Source of the DNA: Priapulus caudatus
Taxonomy: Eukaryota
Assembly: GCF_000485595.1 (NCBI RefSeq)
Contig: NW_014577078.1
Location: 1,038,654 to 1,085,407 of the forward strand
DNA length: 46,754 nt
Reading direction: 5' to 3'
Below are positions 23,020-36,138 of this stretch, piece by piece. Each line of letters begins with the position of its first letter. The first letter of the stretch is position 1. A program made the position numbers and the translations under genes. Below the pieces are notes generated by a model that saw only the letters and a list, made by a program, of their open reading frames with translations, did not search any database and was not told the DNA's origin.

Positions 23020-23230
23020 CAACCATTTCGCGGATGCTAAAGGCGGTCGCTTCTGAAATACATGCGCTGTTTTCTATCGCTCTTGTTATGCGTAGCAGCG
23101 ACGCCGGGCGGCAACCCCTATCCGCGGTATCACGTGGTCGCCACAGGTGAGTGAACTGAAATGCGCAGGTGAGACTCGTGATGTTCCGCGATGGTTATGA
23201 CTTCAAGGCGACATCTAGCGGAAAAAATCC
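23020..23230 (-). promoter_or_regulatory. Candidate CpG-rich promoter or 5' UTR of the minus-strand gene
   Basis: Local CpG enrichment with GGGCGG and CACGTG motifs just upstream of the exon; TSS not definable. Confidence 0.3.
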
Positions 23231-23989
23231 TATATTCAACAATTAGTAAAAAGGACCAAGGAGCGGGGCAAGTGGACCATTCGCCATCTCTCTCTCTCTC
23301 TGCCTCGTTATCTTTGTCTTTCACTCTCTCTCTCTCTCTCTCTCTCTTATTTCCATCACTCCCTCGCTCTTGAACTGGTTTTACTATCACCTGGTATCCG
23401 ATCGATCTTACTATAAACTGGTTTACAATAATTCAAAAGAGGCAGTCAGTGCAATACGCGCGAATTGAGCGTAAAGTTTAGTGTGAAATACGGGCGAAGT
23501 AAGTGTAAAGTAAGCGTGAATTACACATAAATTGAATGTGAATCACACGTGCTTCCTTACAAGCTGGGTGAACCACTTCGATGCCCATTTTTTTCTACCA
23601 GGCAATAAACTCAACACCACGAAGCAGAAAAATCTATACGTGTTTTCAGATATACAATGCAATGCCCATGTGCGCAAATGTCATGGCGACACCCCCACCA
23701 CACACACAATTTTCGAAGGGTTGGGGACAGAATATCAAATGCATCCCAGGTTTTTTAAACATGGGCTTCTGCATAATTATAAGCCCCTTCTATAATATTG
23801 TTATTTTGGGCTTGTCTCCACTAAATAAAAAAATCTCGAGTTCCAGAATTTTGTCGCTCCATATCCAATCCTACAAGCATGCACATGGATTTAAGGTAGA
23901 TATGCTTATATGGTAAGCTAGTACGCGCGCGCTCGCTAGCTCTCCAGTAGCTATTGATACCTGTGGTAGATATCTACATTCGTATATAT

Positions 23990-25725
23990 ATTATACGTAC
24001 TTTTATTTATGCCGTACTGCAAGCCTGAAACTGTGCTCGCGCATGCGCAATATCTCCCGAGATGAGTAATATTTTGCAAACATTATGAATTTAAAATGAG
24101 CAGAGGTTATCCTATCATAGATTTATATGATAAAATTTCATCAGTTCCTCAGACCTCATTTCAGAAATAGGAAGCAGATCTTGCATGTAAGGTCCTGGCT
24201 GCGTATATACCATTCAGTACATAACCTGGTTACATTACTGTTTTAGCGCATGCGCAATATCTCACCAGAGGAGTTTTATTTTGTGATGAAAATGCAATTA
24301 GTTTGGTTAGTGAGTATCTTAGCAGCGATATCTGTAATAAATTCTTATCAGTAGACCTTACCTGTGTTTATAATAAGGAGAGCGCCCTATACTGTAGGGT
24401 GCAAAACTGCTACTTCATCCTCGCCCGCCGTTCCTCTTATCTGGTCTCCCTTGTCCCACGCTCAGCCTCTTTCTTCTTCTACCGCTACCCTCAGCAATTT
24501 TCTCTACCGCCTTCCTTCCGTCTCCCACCCCCTCTCTCTCATCAGCAAGCTATATTACGTACTTTTATTTAGGCCGTACTGCAAGCATGGGGCCCGTTGT
24601 TAGAAACAAAATTAAACAATTTCTCCTAGACCGTCGACATCACTTTGTTTCGTATTGTTATGAAGAAATCTGCTACGATTTTTCACTCTCGTAACTTCGC
24701 AGCGTTTCTGTCAACGGTCTAAGAGAAAAAGTTAATGTTAAGAATAATTTTAAGACTAATTTTGTTTCTGACAACGGAACCCTGAAACGGTGCTCGCGCA
24801 TGCGCAATATCCCCCGAGAAAAATGATATTTTGCAAAAATTGTGAATTTAAACTGAAGAGGGGTTATCCTAGCATAGATTTATATAATAAATTTTTATAA
24901 GTAGACCTCACTTCAGAAATAGGAAGCAGACCTTGCATGAAAGGTAACCCACTGCACATACCAGTCAGTACATAACCTGACTACGTTACTGTTTTGCGGA
25001 TGCGCAATATCTCACCAGAGGAGTTATATTTTGTGATGAAAACGCATTTAGTATGGTCAGGGGATATCTCAACATAGGTTTCTGTAATAAATTCTTATCA
25101 GTAGACTTGTGCTTATAGTTAGGAGAGCGCCCTAGCCTGTAGGGTGCAAAACTCCTACTTTATTCCTGCCCGCCCTTCGCTTTGTCTCCATTGTCGCACG
25201 CTCAGCTTCCTTCTCCTTCCACCGCCCCTCGACTGTCTTCCCTGCCACCTTCCCTCAGTTTCCCACCCCTCTCTCCCTCACCAAGCTATATTTACGTACT
25301 TTTCCTTTGGCCGTACTGCACGTCTGAAACGGTGCTTGCGCATGCGCAATATCTCCCGAGAAGAAGAATATTTTGCAAACATTATGAATTCAAAATGAAG
25401 AGGGGTTATTCTAGCATAGATTTATATGATAAAATTTTATCAGTAGACCTCACTTCAGAAATAGGAAGCAGACCTTGCATGAAAGGTCCCCACTGCACAT
25501 ACCAGTCCAGTCATTACATAACCTGACTACGTTACTGCTTTGCGGATGCGCAATATCTCACCAGAGGAGTTATATTTTGTGATGAAAACGCATTTAGTAT
25601 GGTCAGGGGATATCTCAAAATAGGTTTCTGTACTAAATTCTTATCAGTAGACTTGTGCTTATGGTTAGGAGAGCGCCCTAGCCTGTAGGGTGCAAAACTC
25701 CTACTTTATTCCCGCCCACCACTCT
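23990..25725 (+). repeat. ~541-bp satellite, forward block (partial copies also at 26735-26970)
   Basis: Reverse complement of the 28787-36138 monomers; recurring GCGCATGCGCAATATCTC. Confidence 0.9.
24590..24781. mobile_element. Harbinger-type MITE (CWG target) inserted in a satellite monomer
   Basis: GGGCCCGTTGTTAGAAACAAAATTA ... TAATTTTGTTTCTGACAACGGAACC; flanks ATG/CTG; empty site GCAAGCCTGAAAC at ~24019 and ~37632. Confidence 0.8.
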
Positions 25726-25771
25726 CTCTCTCTCACTTCTATCACCAAGGAGCGGGGCAAGTTGACCATTC

Positions 25772-25806
<35 letters not shown>

Positions 25807-27377
25807 CTTTATCTTTGTCTTTCACTCTCTCTCTTTCTCTCATTTTCATCACTCCTTCGCTCTTAAACTGGTTTTACTATCACCCGGTAACCGATCGTTC
25901 TTACTATAAACGGGTTTACAATAATTCAAAAGAGGCAGTCAGTGCAATACGCGCGAGGTGAGCGTAAAGGTTAGTGTGAAATACGGGCGAAGTAAGTGTA
26001 AAGTAAGCGTGAATTACACATAAATTGAATGTGAATCACACGTGAGCCAGTGACGCGAACACATTTATACTCCTTGAAATACGCGTATAGGTAGGTACTA
26101 TGGGATCTGCGAGTAATGATCGATACTGAAACACCCGAGGTGACTGGCGTGTTGGAAGAGAGATGGCGAAGCAAAAAATTCGTAGTTTCCTTACAAGCTG
26201 AGAGAACCACTTCGATGCCCATTTTTTTCTATCAACCAATAAACTCAACACCACGAAGCAGAAAAATCGATACGTATTTCAGATTCCAATAGCAATGTCC
26301 ATAGGCGCAAATGTCATGGGGACACGGGGACACGCCCCCCCCCCACTTTTCGAAGGGTGGGGGACAGAATATCAAATGCCCCCCACAGGTTTTTGAACAT
26401 GTGCTTCTGCATAATTATAAGCCCCTTCTATAATATTATTATTTTGTGCTTGTCTCCACTAAATGAAAAAAATAGAAAGTATAAAAAATGACTCCCGATT
26501 GATAGCCTAAACTAGATACAGGATCCGCTAGGTAGGGGATATTGAAAGTATTTGCTAGTCTCGAGTTCCAGAATCTTATCACTCCATATCCAATCCTACA
26601 AGCATGCACATGGATTTAACGTAGATTTGTAATATGTAAGGCTAGTACGCGCGCGCTCGCTAGCTCTCCAGTTGCTATTGATATCTGTGGTAGATATGTA
26701 GCGTCGTATGTATATTATATATACATATCGTATATATTGTACGTACTATTATTTAGGTCGTATTGCACGCTTAAAACGGTGCTCGCGCATGCGCAATATC
26801 TCCAGAGAAGAAGCATATTTTGCAAACATTATGAATTTAAAATGAAGAGGGGTTATCCTAGCATAGATTTATATGATAAAATTTTATCAGTAGACCTCAC
26901 TTCAGAAATAGGAAGGAGACCTTGCATGTAAGGTTCCCGCTGCATATACAAGTCAGTACATAACCTGGCTACGGTACACTCTATGGTGTATATAAAACCC
27001 ATAAAAATACAAAATTCGCACTAAACTATCATGAAATAAGAGCTTTCGTAATAAAAATAGTCTTGGCTGTTTATCATGCATGTTATTGGGACAAAGAATT
27101 TGTTTAAACTCTGCACTAGGAGTTTAAAGACTGTTACTGACAAAGGTTATGTAACTATAGTTTACCATGCATGTATGTATTGCAATGATTGTTTATGCCA
27201 CCGATTTTCTTTTTGTTTACGTATTTTAGTAATGCTAAAACAAGTTACCATGGTATATGCCGATTGCATCACCCATAGGCATAGATACATATAGCATTAA
27301 ATAGGAAAAAACAAGACAAGCGCCAGTGCAGCACTCGGTAAGTTATTAGTAGCGCGTTATATAGTGTTGCCGGCGTT

Positions 27378-28640
27378 ATATTTGTATGACGGGGGCCTAA
27401 GGCCACCTATATAGAATTGTAACAATAGTGTATGATGGGGGCCCAAGGCCACATATATAGTATTTGTATGACGTGGGACTAAAGCCACCTATATAATATT
27501 GTAATAATAGTGTATGATGGGGGCACAAGGTCACATATATAGTAATGTATGACGGGGGCCTAAGGCCACCTATATAGTATTGTGATAATAGAATAGTGTA
27601 TGACGGGGGCCCAAGGCCACATATAGTGGGGAGCGGGGCGCCATGCAGGACAGGGCTCAATTTTGTCTAACAAAACTCAATTCTGTCTCACAAAATCCAA
27701 TTTTGTGAACACAAAACTCATTCTGTCAATCCTGTACCACAAAACTCAATTTTGTAACACACAAACTCAATTCTGTCATCCGGTTCCACAAACTCAATTT
27801 TGTGAACACAAAACTCATTCTGTCAATCCTGTTCCACAAAACTCAATTCTGTCGAACCGGTTCCACAAAACTACCATTTTGTAAACACAGCGTGAGCCAA
27901 AACTCAAGTTCTGATCTGGAACCGGCTTCCACAAAAGNNNNNNNNNNCTAAGGCCACCAATATAGTATTGTAATAATAGAATAGTGTATGATGGGGATCC
28001 AAAGCCACATATATAGTATTTGTATGACGGGGTTCAAAAGCCACCTATATAGTATTGTAATAATAGAATAGTGTATGATGGGGATCCAAAGCCACATATA
28101 TAGTATTTGTATGACGTGGCCTAAAGCCACCTATATATAATATTGTAATAATATGTATTGATGGGGCACAAGTCACATATATAGTAATGTATGACGGGGG
28201 CTAAGGCCACCTATATAGTATTGTGATAATAGAATAGTGTATGACGGGGCCCAAGGCCACATATACAGTATTTGTATGACGGGGGCTAAGACCACCTATA
28301 TAGTATTGTAATAATAGTGTATGCTTCGGGCCCAAGGCCATATATAGTATTTGTATGACGGGGCCTAAGGCCACCTATATAGTATTGTAATAATAGAATA
28401 GTGTATGATGGGGGCCAAAGCCACATATATAGTATTTGTATGACGGGGGCCTAAGGCCACCTATATAGTATTGTATAATAATAGAATAGTTTATGATGGG
28501 GATCCAAGGCCACATATATAGTATTGTTATAGACCCGTGGCCTAATGCCATCTATATAGTATTGTAGTATAGTGTATGCTGGCGGCCCACCCAGGCCACA
28601 TATATAGTATTGTGTATGAAGGGGCCTAAGGCCTCTATAG
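27378..28640. repeat. Minisatellite of alternating ~36-bp and ~46-51-bp units (core GTATGA(C/T)GGGGGCC(T/C)AAGGCCAC)
   Basis: Direct reading; interrupted by a MITE fragment and a 10-N gap. Confidence 0.9.
27634..27937 (+). mobile_element. Left part of a foldback MITE (TIR CGGGGCGCCATGCAGGACAGG) with CACAAAACTCAATT repeats
   Basis: Matching inverted ends at ~29517-29537 and ~29938-29958, each followed by TA (Tc1/mariner-like). Confidence 0.65.
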
Positions 28641-29365
28641 TAGTGTGCGGTAGCATTGGTTGTAAGCTATACCGCCTCCAGCAAAGAAAAGTAGGCTGCA
28701 TCACTTGCACAGTGTATTATTGCGCCAGCGGGCCACTATGCCCCCGGTGGCTTAATGCTACACTTGATGTGGATATCTGTCGCCTGTGTACGCAGCGGGA
28801 ACCTTACATGCAAGGTCTTCCTCCTATTTCAAAAATGATGTCTACTGATGGAATGTTATCATATACATCTATGCTAGGATAACTCCTCTTTATTTTAAAT
28901 GCATAATCTTTGCAAAATACGATTGCTCTCGGGAGATACTGCGCATGCGCGCACACCGTGTTAGGCATGCAGTGCCGTCTGAGGCAAACATTATAATATA
29001 GCTTGCTGAGGGAGAGAGGGATGGGAGACTGAGGAAAGGCGGCAGGGAAGATAGCTGGGGCGGCAGAAGAAGAAGAAGGCTGAGCGAGGAAAGGACGCGA
29101 GGGCATAAAAGTAGGTGTTTTGTACCCTACATGCTAGGGTGCTCTCCTAATTATAAACACAGTCTACTAATAAACGTTTATTAGGAGGAAATATATGCTG
29201 AGATATCCCCTTACCATTTTAAATGTATATTATCACAAAATAATCTCCTCTGGTGAGATATTGCGCATGCGCTAACACAGTACCTTAAGGTAGGGGCACA
29301 CGAAGCGATTTTTATCGCCGATCGCGCGAATTTTAAAATCGCCTCGAAAAATTCGGCCGCATCTT

Positions 29366-29958
29366 AAAACTCGATTTTGTTGCCCAAATATGGCACACGC
29401 ATGTAAGAAGGGCTACCATTGGTCAGAAGAAACCAATGGTAGCCCTTCTTACATGCGTGTGCCATATTTGGGCAACAAAATCGAGTTTTGTGGAACCGGT
29501 TCGACAGAATTGAGCCCTGTCCTGCATGGCGCCCCGTATGGCGCCCCGTAGTCCCACAAAACTCAATTTTGTGAACACAAAACTCAATTCTGTCAATCCT
29601 GTACCACAAAACTCAATTTTGTAAACACAAAACTCAATTCTGTCGAACCGGTTCCACAAAACTCGATTTTGTTGCCCAAATATGGCACACGCATGTAAGA
29701 AGGGCTACCATTGGTTTCTTCTGACTGGCGTGTGCCATATTTGGGCAACAAAATCGAGTTTTGTGGAACCGGTTCGACAGAATTGAGTTTTGTGTTTACA
29801 AAATTGAGTTTTGTGGTACAGGATTGACAGAAATGAGTTTTGTGTTAACAAAATTGAGTTTTGTGGGACAGGATTGACAGCATTGAGTTTTGTGTTCATA
29901 AAACTCATTTTTGTCAAGTTTATAGGTACAAAAATGCCTGTCCTGCATGGCGCCCCGT
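29366..29958. mobile_element. Rearranged pieces of the foldback MITE, including a perfect hairpin with 58-bp arms (29366-29489)
   Basis: Loop CAGAAGAA at 29424-29431 appears reversed (TTCTTCTG) near 29716; TIRs at ~29537 and ~29958. Confidence 0.7.
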
Positions 29959-30631
29959 ACCTAAGGCCTCCTATAGTAGTGTGCGGTAAGCATTGGTTGT
30001 AAGCTATACCGCCTCCAGCAAAGAAAAGTAGGCTGCATCACTTGCACGTACAGTGTATTATTGCGCCAGCGGGGCACTATGCCCCCGGTGGCTTAATGCT
30101 ACACTTGGATGTGGATATCTGTCGCCTGTGTACGCAGCGGGAACCTTACATGCAAGGTCTTCCTCCTATTTCAAAAATGATGTCTATTGATGGAATGTTA
30201 TCATATACATCTATGCTAGGATAACTCCTCTTTATTTTAAATGCATAATCTTTGCAAAATACGATTGCTCTCGGGAGATACTGCGCATGCGCGCACACCG
30301 TGTTAGGCATGCAGTGCCGTCTGAGGCAAACATTATAATATAGCTTGCTGAGGGAGAGAGGGGATGGGAGACTGAGGAAAGGCGGCAGGGAAGATAGCTG
30401 GGGGCGGCAGAAGAAGAAGAAGGCTGAGCGAGGAAAGGACGCGAGGGCATAAAGTAGGTGTTTTGTACCCTACATGCTAGGGTGCTCTCCTAATTATAAA
30501 CACAGGTCTACTAATAAACGTTTATTAGGGAAATATATGCTGAGATATCCCCTTACCATTTTAAATGTATATTTATCACAAAATATAACTCCTCTGGTGA
30601 GATATTGCGCATGCGCTAACACAGTACCTTA

Positions 30632-31037
30632 AGGTAGGGGCACACGAGCGATTTTTATCGCCCGATCGCCGCGAATTTTAAAATCGCTCGAAAAATTCGC
30701 CCGTGTGCCCGTTCACGTCGACGCCGATTTTAATCGCCCGTATCCAAAATGTTAGATATTTTCGGGCGATTATTTACGCCGGCGATTATTTACTGTGCCC
30801 GCGCGATTAATTTACGGCTGTGCCAAATCGCTCCGTGTGCCCGTGTCGGCGTATTTTGTCGCCCGATCATTTTTCTAAACAATCGGACGTGTTGTTGATA
30901 TAATGTTGATGTTAAAATCGGGCGATTAAATTCGCTACGTGTGACCCCTGTTCCGATGATCGGGCGATAAATATCGCTGGGCGCATTATTCAACTCGCCG
31001 CCGATGGGCGATAAAATACGCTCGTGTGCCCCTAGCA
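30632..31037. mobile_element. PIF/Harbinger-type MITE inside a satellite monomer (left end duplicated at ~29288-29360)
   Basis: TTA|AGGTAGGGGCACACGAGCG ... CGCTCGTGTGCCCCTAGCA|TTA; empty site CAGTAACTTAAACCAGATTG at ~31920. Confidence 0.85.
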
Positions 31038-34000
31038 TTAAGCAGATTGTGTACTGGCCTGTATACGCCAACGGGGACCTGTACATGCAAGCGTTCTTCC
31101 TCCTATTTCTGAATTGATGTCAACTGCATGAACATGTGTATGATATCAAATCTATGCCCTAGAGATAACTCTCCTACTTCATTAAATGCATAATCTTTGC
31201 AAAAAATACGAATTTCTCTCGGAGATAATTTCGCATGCGCGCGCACCGTGCTTAGGCGTGCAAGTGCCGTCTGAGGCAAACTTATTTAATATACACTTGT
31301 GCGGGGGAGAAGGGCGATCGGGCAGACTGAGGAAAGGCAGGGCAGGGAAGCATAGCTGGGCGGCGTAGAGAAAGAAGAGGCTGAGCGAGCTGGACAGGGA
31401 GGCCAAGGGGAAGNNNNNNNNNNGGTCTTCCTCCTATTTCTTAAATGATGTCTACTAATAGAATCAGGAGATAGAATGTTATCATATAAATCTATGCTAG
31501 GATAACTCCTCTTCATTTTAAATGCATAATCTTTGCAAAATACGATTTCTCTCGGGAGATATTTCGCATGCGCGCGCACCGTGTTAGGCGTGCAGTGCCG
31601 TCTGAGGCAAACTTTATAATATAACTTGTTGCGGGGGAGAGGGGATGGGAGACTGAGGAAAGGCGGCAGGGAAGATAGCTGGGGGCGGTAGAAGAAAAAG
31701 GAGGCTGAGCGAGGGACAGGGGAGGCAAGGGGAAGGATTCGAGGGCATAAAGTAGATGTTTTGTACCCTATATGTTAGGGCGCTCTCCAGATTATAAACA
31801 CAGGGCTACTGATAAAGGTGTATTATGGAGATCTATGCTGAGATACCCCCTAACCATTTTAAATGCATATTCATCATAAAATATAACTCCTCTCGTGAGA
31901 TATTGCGCATGCGCTAACACAGTAACTTAAACCAGATTGTGTACTGGCCTGTATACGCAGCGGGACCTTACATGCAAGGTCTTCTTCCTATTTCTTGAAC
32001 GATGTCAACTGATGGAATGTTATGATATAAATCTATGCTAGGATAACTCCTCTTCATTTTAAATGCATAATCTTTGCAAAATGCGATTTCTCTCGGGAGA
32101 TATTGCGCATGCGCGCGCACCGTGTTAGGCGTGCAGTGCCGTCTGAGGCAAACTTCATAATATAGCTTGTTGCGGGGGAGAGGGAATGGGAGACTGAGGA
32201 AAGGCGGCAGGGAAGATAGCTGGGGGCGGTAGAAGAAAAAGGAGGCTGAGCGAGGGACAGGGGAGGCAAGGGGAAGGACTCGAGGGCATAAAGTAGATGT
32301 TTTGTACCCTACATGCTAGGGCGCTCTCCTAATTATAAACACAGTTCTACTGATAAAAGTTTATTAGGGAAATCTATGCTGAGATACCCCCAAACCATTT
32401 TAAATGCATATTCATCACAAAATATAACTCCTCTCGTGAGATATTGCGCATGCGCTAACACACTAACGTAGCCAGATTGTGTACTGCCTGGGATACGCAG
32501 CTGGGACCTTACATGCAAGGTCTTTCTCTTACTTCTTAAATAATGTCTACTATTGAAATGTTATCATATAAATCTATGCTAGGATAAGTCCTCTTCATTT
32601 TAAATGCATAATCGTTGCAAAATACGATTGCTCTCGGGAGATATTGCGCAGGAGCGCGCACCTTGTTAAGTGTGCAAGTGCCGTCTTAGGCAAACTTCAT
32701 AATATAGCTTGCTGAGGAGGAGAGGGGATGGAAGACTGAGGAAAGGCGGAAGGAAAGATAGCTGGGGGCGGTAGAAGAAGAAGGAGGCTGAGCGAGGGAC
32801 AGGGGAGGCAATGCGGAAGGATGCGAGGGCATAAAGTAGGTGTTTTGTACCCTACATGCTAGGGCGCTCTCCTAATTATAAACACAGGTCTACTGATAAA
32901 AGTTTATTAGAGAAATCTATGCTGAGATTCCCCCTTAACCATTTTAAATGTATATTCATCACAAAATATAACTCCTCTGCTGAGATATTGCGCATGCGCT
33001 AACACATTAACTTAAGCCATATTGTGTACTGGCTGGTATACTCAGCGGGGACCTTACATGCAAGGTCTTCCTCTGATTTCTTAAATAATGTCAACTGATG
33101 GAATGTGATGATATAAATCTATGCTAGGATAACTCCTCTTCATTTTAAATGCATAATCTTTGCAAAATACGATTTCTCACGGGAGATATTGCGCAAGTGC
33201 GCGCACCGTGTTAGGCGTGCAGTGCAGTCTGAGGCAAACGTCATAATATAGCTTGCTGCGGGGGAGAGGGGATGGGAGACTGAAGAAAGGCGGCAGAAAA
33301 GATAGCTGGAGGCGATAGAAGAAGAAGGAGGCTGAGTGAGGGACAGGGGAGGCAAGGGGAATGACGCGAGGGCATAAAGTAGGTGTTTTGCACCCTACAT
33401 GCTAAGGCGCTCTCCATATTATAAACACAGGGCTACTAATAAAAGTTTATTAAGTAAATCTATGTTGAGATACCCCCTAACCATTTTAAATGCATATTCA
33501 TCACAAAATATAACTCCTCTCGTGAGATATTGCGCATGCGCTTACTAACTAACGTAGCCAGATTGTGTACTGACTGGTTTACGCAGCTGGGACCTTACAT
33601 GCAAGTTCTTCCTCCTATTTCTTAAACGATGTCAACTGATGGAATGTTATGATATAAATATATGCTAGGATAACTCCTCTTCATTTTAAATGCATAATCT
33701 TTGCAAAATACGATTTCTCTCGGGAGATATTGCGCATGCGCGCGCACCGTGTTAGGCGTGCAGTGCCGTCTGAGGCAAACTTTATAATATAGCTTGTTGC
33801 GGGGGAGACTGAGGAAAGGCGGCAGCGAAGATAGCTGGGGGCGGTAGAAAAAGAAGGAGGCTAAAAGGAGGGACAGGGGAGGCAAGGGGAAGGACGCGAG
33901 GGCATAAAGTAGGTGTTTTGTACCCTATATGTTAGGGCGCTCTCCATATTATAAACATAGGGCTACTGATAAAAGTTTATTAAGTAAATCTATGCTGAGA

Positions 34001-36138
34001 TACCCCCTAACCATTTTAAATGCATATTCATCACAAAATATAACTCCTCTGGTGAGATATTGCGCATGCGCTCGCACCGTGTTAGGCGTGCAGTGCCGTC
34101 TGAGGCAAACATTATAATATAGCTTGATGCGGGGAAGAGGGGATGAGGCGGCATGGAACATAGCTGGGGGCGGTAGAAGAAGAAGGAGGCTGAGCGATGG
34201 ACAGGGGAGGTAAGGGGAAGGACGCGAGCGCATAAAGTAGGTGTTCTGTACCATACATGCTAGGGCGCTCTCCTAATTATAAACAGANNNNNNNNNNNNN
34301 NNNNNNNNNNNNNNNNNNNNNNNNNNNNNNNNNNNNNNNNNNNNNNNNNNNNNNNNNNNNNNNNNNNNNNNNNNNNNNNNNNNNNNNNNNNNNNNNNNNN
34401 NNNNNNNNNNNNNNNNNNNNNNNNNNNNNNNNNNNNNNNNNNNNNNNNNNNNNNNNNNGCGAGGGCATAAAGTAGGTGTTTTGTACCCTACATGCTAGGG
34501 CGCTCTCCTAATTATAAACAGAGGTCTACTGATAAATGGTTATTAGGGAAATCTATGCTGATGTACACCCTAACCATTTTAAATGCATATTCATCACAAA
34601 ATATAACTCCTCTGGTGAGATATTGCGCATGCGCTAACACACTAACGTAGCCAGATTGTGTACTGACTGGTTTACGCAGCTGGGACCTTACATGCAAGTT
34701 CTTCCTCCTATTTCTTAAATGATGTCAGTTGATAGAATGTTATCATATAAATCTATGCTAGGATAACTCTTCTTCATTTTAAATGCATAATTTTTGAAAA
34801 ATACGATTTCTCACGGGAGATATTGCGCATGCGCGCGCACCGTGTTAGGCGTCTAGTGCCGTCTGAGGCAAACTTCATAATATAGCTTGCTGCGGGGAAG
34901 AGGGGATGGGAGACGGAGGAAAGGCGGCAGGGAAGATAGCTGGGGCGGTAGAAGAAGAAGGAGGCAAGGGGAAGGACGCGAGGGCATAAAGTAGGTGTTT
35001 TGTACCCTACATGCTAGGGCGCTCTCCTAATTATAAACAGAGGTCTACTGATAAATGTTTATTAGGGAAATCTATGCTGATGTACCCCCTAGCTATTTTA
35101 AATGCATATTCATCACAAAATATAACTCCTCTGGTGAGATATTGCGCATGCGCTAACACACTAACGTAGCCAGATTGTGTACTGGCTGGGATACGCAGCG
35201 TGGACATTACATGCAAGGTTTTCCTCTTATTTGTTAAATGATGTCTACTGATAGAATGTTATCATATAAATCTATGCTAGGATAACTCCTCTTTATTTTA
35301 AATGCATAATCTTTGCAAAATACAATTGCTCTCGGTAAATATCGCGCATGCGCGCGCACCGTGTTAGGCGTGCAGTGCCGTTCGATGCAAACTTCATAAT
35401 ATAGCTTGCTGAGGGGGAGAGGGATGGGAGACTGAGGAAAGGCGGCAGGGAAGATAGCTGGGGGCGGTAGAAGAAGAAGGAAGCTGAGCGAGGAACAGGG
35501 GAGGCAAGGGGAAGGACGCGAGGGCATAAAGTAGATGTTTTGTACCCTACATGCTAGGGCGCTCTCCTAATTATAAACAGAGGTCTACTGATAAATGGTT
35601 ATTAGGGAAATCTATGCTGATGTACCCCCTAACCATTTTAAATGCATATACATCACAAAATATAACTCCTCTCGTGAGATATTGCGCATGCGCTAACACA
35701 CTAACGTAGCCAGATTGTGTACTGACTGGTTTACGCAGCTGGGAGCTTACAGGAAAGGTCTTCCTCCTACTTCTTAAATGATGTCAACTGATCGAATTTT
35801 ATCATATAAATCTATGCTAAGATAACTCCTCTTAATTTTAAATTCATAATCTTTGCAAAATACGATTTCTCACAAGAGATATTGCGCATGCGCGCGCACC
35901 GTGTTAGGCGTGCACAAACTGCATGCAAAAAAGGGTTATAAAAAGATAAAAGTTTATTAGGGAAATCTATGCTGATATACCCCCTTACCATTTTAAATGC
36001 CTATTCATCACAAAATATAACTCATCTGGTGAGATATTGGGCATGCGCTTACACACTAACGTAGCCAGATTGTATGCTCGCTGGCGCAGTAGCTATATGG
36101 TAGATATATGGTATGTATAGCAGCTGGTATACGCAGCG

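Larger units (their letters stand above)
23256..26970 (+). repeat. Tandem segmental duplication (23256-~24240 vs 25745-26970)
   Basis: Both start CCAAGGAGCGGGGCAAGT.GACCATTCGCCATC(TC)n and run into satellite; the first copy lacks ~26044-26188; mostly substitution differences. Confidence 0.85.
27205..28786 (+). mobile_element. Left-truncated copy of the CAGGCGAC-TIR element with expanded internal minisatellite
   Basis: Colinear with 36245-36741; ends ...GGATATCTGTCGCCTG. Confidence 0.7.
28787..36138 (-). repeat. ~541-bp satellite array, about a dozen complete or partial monomers
   Basis: Period visible from repeated ORFs at 31513, 32054 and 33140; two related ~110-bp subrepeats per monomer; gaps at 31414-31423 and 34288-34458. 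Confidence 0.95.

Noticed and set aside
28804..35527. Repeated 60-100-aa ORFs resembling a tandem gene family
   Set aside because: They are translations of satellite monomers with inconsistent frames and stops
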